A DNA stretch of 22,057 nucleotides from Azolla caroliniana (lineage: Eukaryota > Plantae > Polypodiophyta): contig JBHGNT010000513.1 in NCBI GenBank assembly GCA_043228905.1, positions 1 to 22,057 on the forward strand, written 5' to 3'. This document shows, piece after piece, positions 11,601-22,057 of this stretch. How positions within the stretch are numbered: the first letter of the stretch is position 1; every line of letters begins with the position of its first letter. The notes beneath the pieces are model-generated. The model did not search any database. It saw nothing but the letters and a program-made list of their open reading frames with translations, and had not been told where the DNA came from. The position numbers were made by a program, and so were the translations under genes.

Positions 11601-12699
11601 GTTGTTAGCTTCGATTCACATGTTTGAAAACCAAAATCCGATATCACACGGGCCAGGTATGAACATTTTAACTTACTCACGCGCTCTTCTGAACTCCCTC
11701 CTCTAATTTGGTAATTTCGTCATGTTTCTCGACCTGAGTTTCAAAATCTGGATTTTGTAATTCCATATCATAACTAGCGTTGTTAGCTTCGATTCGCATG
11801 TTTGAACACCAAAATCGGATATCACACGGGCCAGGTATGAACATTTTAATTTTATCACACGCTGTTCTCAACTCCCTCCTCAAATTTGGTAATTTCGTCA
11901 GGTCTCCCGAACTGAGTTTCAAAATCTTGATTTTTAAATTCCATATCATAGGTAACGTTGTTAGCTTCTATTTGAATGTTTGAACACAAAAATCCGATAT
12001 CACAAGGGCCAGGTATGAATATTTTAACATACTCACGCGCTCTTCTCAACTCCCTCCTCTAATTTGGTAATTTCGTCATGTCTCTTGAACTGAGTTTCAA
12101 AATCTTGATTTTTTAATTCCATATCATAGGTAGCGTTGTTAGCTTCGATTCGCAAGTTTGAACACAAAAATCCGATATCACACGGGCCAGGTATGAACAT
12201 TTAAATTTACTCACGCGCTATTCTCAACTCCCTCCTCAAATTTGGTAATTTCGTCATGTTTCTCGACCTGAATTTCAAAATTTGGATTTTGTAATTCCAT
12301 ATGATAGCTAGCGTTGTTAGCTTCGATTCGCATGTTTGAACACCAAAATCCGATATCGAATGGGCCAGGTATGAACATTTTAATTTACTCACGCCTTCTT
12401 CTCAACTCTCTCCTCGAATTTACTAATTACTTCATGTCTCTCGACCTGAGTTTTAAAATCTTGATTTTTAAATTCCATATCATAGGTAACGTTGTTAGCT
12501 TCGATTCGAATGTTTGAACACAAAAATCCGATATCACAAGGGCCAGGTATGAACATTTTAACATACTCACGCGCTCTTCTCAACTCCCTCCTCTAATTTG
12601 GTAATTTCGTCATGTCTCTCGAACTGAGTTTCAAAATCTTGATTTTCTAATTCCATATCATAAGTAACATTGTTAGCTTCGATTCGAATGTTTGAACAC
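2665..12699 (+). repeat. Higher-order repeat: 20-monomer, 3560-bp unit, about 2.8 near-identical tandem copies
   Basis: Sequence at 2801 matches 6361 and 9921. Identical ORF translations recur at +3560 (4019/7579/11139; 5087/8647/12207; 4735/8295/11855). The +3560 match breaks at 12700 (compare 9140). Confidence 0.96.
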
Positions 12700-15600
12700 A
12701 GAAATCGGATATCACACGGGCCAGGTATGACCATTTTAACTTACTTACGCGCTATTCTCAACTCCCTCCTCAAATTTGGTAATTTCGTCATGTCTCTCGA
12801 CCTGGGTTTTGAAATCTGGATTTTTTAATTCCATATCATAGGTAGCGTTGTTAGCTTCGATTCGCATGTTTGAACACAAAAATCTGATATCACACTGGCT
12901 AGGTATGAACATTTTAATTTACTCACGCGCTATTGTCAACTCCCTCCTCAAATTTCGTAATTTCGTCATGTTTCTCGACCTGAGTTTCAAAATCTAGATT
13001 TTATAATTCCATATCATAACTAGCGTTGTTAGCTTCGATTCGCATGTTTGAACACCAAAATCGGATATCACACGGGCCAGGTATGAACATTTTAATTTTA
13101 TCACGCGCTGTTCTCAACTCCCTCCTCAAATTTGGTAATTTCGTCATGTCTCCCGAACTGAGTTTCAAAATCTTGATTTTCTAATTTCATATAATAGGTA
13201 ACGTTGTTAGCTTTGATTCGCATATTTGAACACAGAAATCCGATATCACACGAGCCAGGTATGAACATTTAAATTTACGCACGCGCTCTTCTCAACTCCC
13301 TCCTCAAATTTGGTAATTTCCTCATGTCTCTTGACCTGAGTGTCAAAATCTGGATTTTTTAATTCAATATCATAGCTAGCGTTGTTAGCTTCGATTCGAA
13401 TGTTTGAACAGAAAAATCCGATATCACACGGCCCAGGTATGAACATTTTCACTTACTCACGCGCTATTCTCAACTCCGTGCTCAAATTTGGTAATTTCGT
13501 CATGTCTCTCGACCTGAATTTCAAAATTTGGATTTTGTAATTTCATATGATAGCTAGCGTTGTTAACTTCGATTCGCATGTTTGAACACCAAAATCCGAT
13601 ATCGAATGGGCCAGGTATGAACATTTTAATTTACTCACGGTTCTTCTCAACTCCCTCCTCGAATTTACTAATTTCTTCATGTCTCTCGACCTGAGTTTTA
13701 AAATCTTGATTTTTAAATTCCATATCATAGGTAACGTTGTTAGCTTCGATTCGAATGTTTGAACACAAAAATCCGATATCACAAGGGCCAGGTATGAACA
13801 TTTTAACTTACGCACGCGCTCTTCTCAACTCCCTCCTCAAATTTGGTAATTTCGTCATGTCTCTCGACCTGGGTTTCAAAATCTTGATTTTGTAATTCCA
13901 TAGCATAGGTAACGTTGTTATCTTCGATTCGAATGTTTGTCCACAAAAATCCGAGATCACACGGTCCAGGTATCAACATTTTAACTTACTCACGCGCTGT
14001 TCTCAACTCCCTCCTCAAATTTGGTAATTTCGTCATGTCTCTCGACCTGAGTGTCAAAATCTGGATTTTTTAATTCCATATCATAGCTAGCGTTCTTAGC
14101 TTCGATTCGAATGTTTGAACACAAAAATCCGATATCACACGGCCCAGGTATGAACATTTTCACTTACTCACGCGCTATTCTCAACTCCCTCCTGAAATTT
14201 GGTAATTTCGTCATGTCGCTTGACCTGGGTTTCAAAATCTGGATTTTGTAATTCCATATCATAGCTAGCGTTGTTAGCTTCGATTCGTATGTTTGAACAC
14301 TAAAATCCGATTTCGAATGGGCCAAGTATGAACATTTTAATTTACTCACGCCTTCTTCTCAACTCCCGGCTCGAATTTACTAATTACTTCATGTCTCTCG
14401 ACCTGAGATTTAAAATCTTGATTTTTAAATTCCATATCATAGGTAACGTTGTTAGCTTCGATTCGAATGTTTGAACACAAAAATCCGATATCACAAGGGC
14501 CAGGTATGAACATTTTAACATACTCACGCGCTCTTCTCAACTCCCTCCTCTAATTTGGTAATTTCGTCATGTCTCTCGAACTGAGTTTCAAAATCTTGAT
14601 TTTCTAATTCCATATCATAAGTAACATTGTTAGCTTCGATTCGAATGTTTGAACACAGAAATCGGATATCACACGGGCCAGGTATGACCATTTTAACTTA
14701 CTTACGCGCTATTCTCAACTCCCTCCTCAAATTTGGTAATTTCGTCATGTCTCTCGAACTGAGTTTCAAAATTTTGATTTTTTAATTCCATATCATAGGT
14801 AGCGTTGTTAGCTTCGATTCGCATGTTTGAACACAAAAATCTGATATCACACTGGCTAGGTATGAACATTTTAATTTACTCACGCGCTATTGTCAACTCC
14901 CTCCTCAAATTTCGTAATTTCGTCATGTTTCTCGACCTGAGTTTCAAAATCTGGATTTTGTAATTCCATATCATAACTAGCGTTGTTAGCTTCGATTCGC
15001 ATGTTTGAACACCAAAATCGGATATCACACGGGCCAGGTATGAACATTTTAACTTACTCACGCGCTATTCTCAACTCCCTCCTCAAATTTGGTAATTTTG
15101 TCATGTCTCCCGAATTGAGTTTCAAAATCTTGATTTTCTAATTCCATATAATAGGTAACGTTGTTAGCTTCGATTCGCATATTTGAACACGAAAATCCGA
15201 TATCACACGAGCCAGGTATGAACATTTAAATTTACGCACGCGCTCTTCTCAACTCCCTCCTCAAATTTGGTAATTTCGTCATGTCTCTCGACCTGAGTAT
15301 CAAAATCTGGATTTTTTAATTCCATATCATAGGTAGCGTTGTTAGCTTCGATTCGAATGTTTGAACACAAAAATCCGATATCACACGGCCCAGGTATGAA
15401 CATTTTCACTTACTCACGCGCTATTCTCAACTCCCTGCTCAAATTTGGTAATTTCGTCATGTCTCTCGACCTGAATGTCAAAATTTGGATTTTGTAATTC
15501 CATATGATAGCTAGCGTTGTTAACTTCGATTCGCATGTTTGAACACCAAAATCCGATATCGAATGGGCCAGGTATGAACATTTTAATTTACTCACGCCTT

Positions 15601-18120
15601 CTTCTCAACTCCCTCCTCGAATTTACTAATTACTTCATGTCTCTCGACCTGAGTTCCAAAATCTTATTTTTTTAATTCCATATCATCGGTAACGTCGTTA
15701 GATTCGATTCGAATGTTTGAACACAAAAATCGGATATCACAAGGGCCAGGTATGAACATTTTAACATACTCACGCGCTCTTCTCAACTCCCTCCTCAAAT
15801 TTGGTAATTTCGTCATGTCTCTCGAACTGAGTTTCAAAATCTTGATTTTTTAATTCCATATCATACGTAACGTTGTTAGCTTCGATTCGCATATTTGAAC
15901 ACAGAAATCCAATATCACACGAGCCAGGTATGAACATTTAAATTTACGCACGCGCTCTTCTCAACTCCCTCCTCAAATTTGGTAATTTCGTCATGTCTCT
16001 CGACCTGGGCTTCAAAATCTTGATTTTGTAATTCCATATCATAGGTAACGTTGTTAGCTTCGATTCGAATGTTTGACCACAAAAATCCGAGATCACACGG
16101 TCCAGGTATCAACATTTTAACTTACTCACGCGCTGTTTTCAACTCCCTCCTCAAATTTGGTAATTTCGTCATTTCTCGCGAACTGAGTTTCAAAATCTTG
16201 ATTTTCTAATCCCATATCATAGATAACGTTGTTAGCTTCGATTCGCATGTTTGAACACAAAAATCCGATATCACACGAGCCAGGAATGAACATTTTAACA
16301 TACTGACGTGCGCTTCTCAACTCCCTCCTCAAATTTGGTAATTTTGTCATGTCTCCCGAACTAAGTTTCAAAATCTTGATTTTCTAATTTCATATAATTG
16401 GTAACGTTGTTAGCTTCGATTCGCATATTTGAACACAAAAATCCGATATCACACGAGCCAGGTATGAACATTTTAACTTACTCACGCGCTTTTCTCAACT
16501 CCCTCCTCAAATTTGGTAATTTCGTCATGTCTCTCGACCTGGGTTTCGAAATCTGGATTTTGTAATTCCATATCATAGCTAGCGTTGTTAGCTTCGATTC
16601 GCATGTTTGAGCACCAAAATTCGATATCGAACGGGCCAGGTATGAACATTTTAATTTACTCACGCGCTTTTCTCAACTCTCTCCTCGAATTTACTAATTT
16701 CTTCATGTCTGTCGACCTGAGTTTCGAAATCTTGATTTTTTAATTCCATATCATAGGTAGCGTTGTTAGAATCGATTCGAATGTTTGAACACAAAAATCC
16801 GATATCACACGGGCCAGGTATGAACATTTTAACTTACGCACGCGCTTTTCTCAACTCCCTCCTCAAATTTGGTAATTTCTTCATGTCTCTCGACCTGAGT
16901 TTCAAAATCTTGAGTTTTTAATTCCATCTCATAGGTAACGTTGTTAGCATCGATTCGAATGTTTGAACACAAAAAACCGATATCACACGGGCCAGGTATG
17001 AACATTTTAACTTACGCACGCGGTTTTCTCAACTCCCTCCTCAAATTTGGTAATTTCTTCATGTCTCTCGACCTGAGTTTCAAAATCTTGATTTTTTAAT
17101 TCCATATCATAGGTAGTGCTGTTAGCTTCGATTCGCATGTTTGAATACAAAAATCTGATATCACACGGGCTAGGTATGAACATTTTAATTAACTCACGCG
17201 TTGTTCTCAACTCCCTCCTCAAATTTGGTAATTTCGTCATGTCCCTCGACCTGAGTTTCAAAATCTTGATTTTTTAATTCCATATCGTAGCTAGCATTGA
17301 TAGCTTCGATTTGCATGTTTGAACACCAAAATCGGATATCACACGGGCCAGGTATGAACATTTTAATTTTATCACGCGTTGTTCTCAACTCCCTCCTCAA
17401 ATTTGGTAATTTCGTCATGTCTCTCGAACTGAGTTTCAAAATCTTGATTTTTTAATTCCATATCATACGTAACGTTGTTAGCTTCGATTCACATGTTTGA
17501 ACACCAAAATCCGATATCACACGGGCCAGGTATGAACATTTTAACATACGCACGCGCTCTTCTCAACTCCCTCCTCAAATTTGGTAATTTCGTCATGTCT
17601 CTCGACCTGGGCTTCAAAATCTTGATTTTGTAATTCCATATCATAGGTAACGTTGTTAGCTTCGATTCGAATGTTTGACCACAAAAATCCGATATCACAC
17701 GAGCCAGGAATGAACATATTAACATACTGACGTGCGCTTCTCAACTCCCTCCTCAAATTTGGTAATTTCGTCATGTCTCTCGAACTGAGTTTCAAAATTT
17801 TGATTTTTTAATTCCATATCATAAGTAACGTTGTTAGCTTCGATTCGAATGTTTGAACACAAAAATCGGATATCACACGGGCCAGGTATGAACATTTTAA
17901 CTTACTCACGCGCTATTCTCAACTCCCTCCTCAAATTTGGTAATTTCGTCATCTCTCTTGACCTGGGTTTCGAAATCTGGATTTTTTAATTCCATATCAT
18001 AGGTAGCGTTGTTAGCTTCGATTCGCATGTTTGAACACAAAAATCTGATATCACACTGGCTAGGTATGAACATTTTAATTTACTCACGCCTTCTTCTCAA
18101 CTCCCTCCTCGAATTTCGTA

Positions 18121-18150
18121 ATTTCGTCATGTTGATTTTGATTTTGTAAT
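18121..18150 (+). other. Monomer with a 24-bp deletion plus 6-bp insertion (net -18 bp)
   Basis: CATGTT-GATTTT-GATTTTGTAATTCC instead of CATGTT-TCTCGACCTGAGTTTCAAAATCTG-GATTTTGTAATTCC. Marker spacing 16628 to 18390 is 1762 = 10 x 178 - 18. Confidence 0.92.
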
Positions 18151-18229
18151 TCCATATCATAACTAGCGTTGTTAGCTTCGATTCGCATGTTTGAACACCA
18201 AAATCGGATATCACACGGGCCAGGTATGA

Positions 18230-20877
18230 ACATTTTAACTTACTCACGCGCTCTTCGCAACTCCCTCCTCAAATTTGGTAATTTCGTCATGTCTCTCGAC
18301 CTGGGTTTCAAAATCTTTATTTTGTAATTCCATATCATAGCTAGCGTTGTTAGCTTCGATTCGTATGTTTGAACACTAAAATCCGATATCGAATGGGCCA
18401 GGTATGAACATTTTAATTTACTCACGCCTTCTTCTCAACTCCCGCCTCGAATTTACTAATTTCTTCATGTCTCTCGACCTGGGATTCAAAATCTGGATTT
18501 TTTAATTCCATATCATAGGTAATGTTGTTAGCTTCGATTCGAATATTTGAACAGAAAAATCCGATATCACACGGGCTAGGTATGAACATTTTAACATACT
18601 CACGCGCTCTTCTCAACTCCCTCCTCAAATTTGGTAATTTCGTCATGTCTCTCGAACTGAGTTTCAAAATCTTGATTTTTTAATTCTATATCATAGGTAG
18701 CGTTGTTAGCTTCGATTCGCATGTTTGAACACAAAAATCTGATATCACACTGGCTAGGTATGAACATTTTAATTTACTCACGCGCTATTGTCAACTCCCT
18801 CCTCAAATTTCGTAATTTCGTCATGTTTCTCGACCTGAGTTTCAAAATCTGGATTTTGTAATTCCATATCATAACTAGCGTTGTTAGCTTCGATTCGCAT
18901 GTTTGAACACCAAAATCGGATATCACACGGGCCAGGTATGAACATTTTAATTTTATCACGCGCTGTTCTCAACTCCCTCCTCAAATTTGGTAATTTCGTC
19001 ATGTCTCTCGAACTGAGTTTCAAAATCTTGATTTTTTAATTCTATATCACACGTAACGTTGTTAGCTTCGATTCACATGTTTGAACACCAAAATCCGAGA
19101 TCACACGGTCCAGGTATCATCATTTTAACTTACTCACGCGCTGTTCTCAACTCCCTCCTCAAATTTGGTAATTTCGTCATGTCTCGCGAACTGAGTTTCA
19201 AAATCTTGATTTTCTAATCCCATATCATAGATAACGTTGTTAGCTTCGATTCGCATGTTTGAACACAAAAATCCGATATCACACGAGCCAGGAATGAACA
19301 TATTAACATACTGACGTGCGCTTCTCAACTCCCTCCTCAAATTTGGTAATTTTGTCATGTCTCCCGAACTGAGTTTCAAAATCTTGATTTTCTAATTCCA
19401 TATAATAGGTAACGTTGTTAGCTTCGATTCGCATATTTGAACACAGAAATCCGATATCACACGAGCCAGGTATGAACATTTAAATTTACGCACGCGCTCT
19501 TCTCAACTCCCTCCTCAAATTTGGTAATTTCGTCATGTCTCTCGACCTGAGTGTCAGAATCTGGATTTTTTAATTCCATATCATAGCTAGCGTTGTTAGC
19601 TTCGATTCGAATGTTTGAACACAAAAATCCGATATCACACGGCCTAGGTATGAACATTTTCACTTACTCACGCGCTATTCTCAACTCCCTGCTCAAATTT
19701 GGTAATTTCGTCATGTCTCTCAACCTGAATTTCAAAATTTGGATTTTGTAATTCCATATGATAGCTAGCGTTGTTAACTTCGATTCGCATGTTTGAACAC
19801 CAAAATCCGATATCGAATGGGCCAGGCATGAACATTTTAATTTACTCTCGCCTTCTTCTCAACTCCCTCCTCGAATTTACTAATTTCTTCATGTCTCTCA
19901 ACCTGAGTTTTAAAATCTTGATTTTTAAATTCCATATCATAGGTAACGTTGTTAGCTTCGATTCGAATGTTTAAACACAAAAATCCGATATCACACGGGC
20001 CAGGTATGAACATTTTAACTTACTCACGCGCTCTTTTCAACTCCCTCCTCAACTTTGGTAATTTCGTCATGTCTCTCGACCTGGGTTTCAAAATCTGTAT
20101 TTTGTAATTCCATATCATAGCTAGCGTTGTTAGCTTCGATTCGTATGTTTGAACACTAAAATCCGATATCGAATGGGCCAGGTATGAACATTTTAATTTA
20201 CTCACGCCTTCTTCTCAACTCCCGCCTCGAATTTACTAATTTCTTCATGTCTCTCGACCTGCGTTTCAAAATCTGGATTTTTTAATTCCATATCATAGGT
20301 AATATTGTTAGGTTCGATTTGAATATTTGAACACAAAAATCCGATATCACACGGGCCAGGTATGAACATTTTAACATACTCACGCGCTCTTCTCAACTCC
20401 CTCCTCAAATTTGGTAATTTTGTCATGTCTCTCGAACTGAGTTTCAAAATCTTGATTTTTTAATTCTATATCATAGGTAGCGTTGTTAGCTTCGATTCGC
20501 ATGTTTGAACACAAAAATCTGATATCACACTGGCTAGGTATGAACATTTTAATTTACTCACGCGCTATTGTCAACTCCCTCCTCAAATTTCGTAATTTCG
20601 TCATGTTTCTCGACCTGAGTTTCAAAATCTGGATTTTGTAATTCCATATCATAACTAGCGTTGTTAGCTTCGATTCGCATGTTTGAACACCAAAATCGGA
20701 TATCACACGGGCCAGGTATGAACATTTTAATTTTATCACGCGCTGTTCTCAACTCCCTCCTCAAATTTGGTAATTTCGTCATGTCTCTCGAACTGAGTTT
20801 CAAAATCTTGATTTTTTAATTCCATATCATACGTAACGTTGTTAGCTTCGATTCACATGTTTGAACACCAAAATCCG
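18230..20877 (+). repeat. Block of about 5 monomers duplicated at a 10-monomer (1780-bp) offset: about 18230-19097 and 20010-20877
   Basis: Shared rare variants CTCCCGCCTCGAATT (about 18440 and 20220) and TTAATTCTATATC. ORF pairs 18240/20020, 18422/20202 and 18774/20554 are all offset by 1780. Confidence 0.88.
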
Positions 20878-22057
20878 ATATCACACGGGCCAGGTATGAA
20901 CATTTTAACATACGCACGCGCTCTTCACAACTCCCTCCTCAAATTTGGTAATTTCGTCATGTCTCTCGAACTGAGTTTCAAAATCTTGATTTTTTAATTC
21001 CATATCATAGGTAGCGTTGTTAGCTTCGGTTCGCATGTTTGAACACAAAAATCCGATATCACACGGGCCAGGTATGAACATTTTAATATACTCACGCGCT
21101 CTTCTCAACTCCCTCCTCAAATTTGGTAATTTCGTCATGTCTCTCGAACTGAGTTTCAAAATCTTGATTTTTTAATTCCATATCATAGGTAGCGTTGTTA
21201 GCTTCGGTTCGCATGTTTGAACACAAAAATCCGATATCACACGGGCCAGGTATGAACATTTAAATTTACTCACGTGCTATTCTCAACTCCCTCCTCAAAT
21301 TTGGTAATTTCGTCATGTTTCTCGACCTGAATTGCAACATTTGGATTTTGTAATTCCATATGATAGCTAGCGTTGTTTACTTCGATTCGCATGTTTCAAC
21401 ACCAAAATCCGATATCGAATGGGCCAGGTATGAACAATTTAATTTACTCACGCCTTCTTCTCAACTCCCTCATCGAATTTACTAATTTCTTCATGTCTCT
21501 CGACCTGAGTTTTAAAATCTTGATTTTTAAATTCCATATCATAGGTAACGTTGTTAGCTTCGATTCGAATGTTTGAACACAAAAATCCGATATCACAAGG
21601 GCCAGGTATGAACATTTTAATTTTATCACCCGCTGTTCTCAACTCCCTCCTCAAATTTGGTAATTTCGTCATGTCTCGAACTGAGTTTCAAAATCTTGAT
21701 TTTCTAATTTCATATAATAGGTAACGTTGTTAGCTTCGATTCGCATATTTGAACACAAAAATCCGATATCACACGAGCCAGGTATGAACATTTAAATTTA
21801 CGCACGCGCTCTTGTCAACTCCCTCCTCAAATTTGGTAATTTCGTCATGTCTCTCGACCTGAGTGTCAAAATCTGGATTTTTTAATTCCATATCATAGCT
21901 AGCGTTGTTAGCTTCGATTCGAATGTTTGAACACAAAAATCGGATATCACACGGGCCAGGTATGAATATTTTAACTTACTCACGCGCTATTCTCAACTGC
22001 CTCCTCAAATTTGGTAATTTCGTCATGTCTCTCGACCTGGGTTTCAAAATCTGGATT

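Larger units (their letters stand above)
1297..22057 (+). repeat. 178-bp satellite array, majority orientation (about 116 monomers, runs off the right edge); putative (peri)centromeric satellite
   Basis: CTCAACTCCCTCCTCAAATTTGGTAATTTCGTCATG, GTTGTTAGCTTCGATTCG and CCAGGTATGAACATTTT recur with a 178-bp period. The marker GATATCGAATGGG at 2923 and 13603 is 10680 bp apart, exactly 60 x 178. The centromeric role is inference from monomer length and HOR organisation only. Confidence 0.98.
12700..22057 (+). repeat. Diverged mosaic satellite layer without a single regular HOR period
   Basis: The same monomer types as in the HOR occur in shuffled order with extra private variants. Marker spacings become 4, 7, 6, 10, 8, 2 and 7 monomers. 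Confidence 0.85.

Noticed and set aside
673-21672. Dozens of 60-129 aa ORFs with recurring peptides (MFIPGPCDIGFLCSNIRIEANN, MSKLKCSYLA)
   Set aside because: They are translations of the satellite. 178 is not a multiple of 3, so frames shift every monomer. ORFs occur on both strands and in all frames, many use non-ATG starts, and I recognise no domain.
21671-21680. 2-bp deletion (ATGTCTCGAACTG), and a 1-bp deletion near 13639
   Set aside because: These are ordinary small slippage events or sequencing errors with no further structure.
1-22057. CRISPR array or other repeat-spacer system
   Set aside because: There are no unique spacers. The whole 178 bp is homologous between units, and no cas or other genes are present.
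1-22057. Identification as Arabidopsis CEN180/CEN178 or primate alpha satellite
   Set aside because: Only the length is similar. I see none of the sequence motifs I recall for those families; a BLAST search would be decisive.
1-22057. 5S rRNA, tRNA, snRNA or spliced-leader tandem gene array
   Set aside because: I see no recognisable RNA gene sequence, Pol III A/B/C boxes or cloverleaf, and no conserved-gene versus variable-spacer partition. An Rfam/Infernal search would confirm.

Overview
The whole window is one AT-rich (about 38% GC) tandem satellite with a 178-bp monomer, roughly 124 copies. I find no genes, RNA genes, transposons or CRISPR array; every ORF in the track is a chance reading of the repeat. 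My hand-read consensus in the majority orientation is ACTCACGCGCTATTCTCAACTCCCTCCTCAAATTTGGTAATTTCGTCATGTCTCTCGACCTGAGTTTCAAAATCTTGATTTTTTAATTCCATATCATAGGTAACGTTGTTAGCTTCGATTCGAATGTTTGAACACAAAAATCCGATATCACACGGGCCAGGTATGAACATTTTAACTT. Monomer length and organisation resemble a eukaryotic (peri)centromeric satellite, but I do not recognise the family. The array has four layers: (1) an inverted block at 1-1295 ending in a complex inversion junction, with a 77-bp deletion, a perfect 98-bp inverted repeat and a micro-inverted patch; (2) an indel-rich zone to about 2800; (3) a near-identical 20-monomer (3560-bp) higher-order repeat (HOR) of about 2.8 copies at about 2665-12699, built from 7+6+7 sub-repeats; (4) a more diverged patchwork of multi-monomer blocks from 12700 to the end. 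All comparisons were made by eye. Centromere function, the source organism and whether the junction is real or an assembly artefact cannot be settled from this sequence alone.
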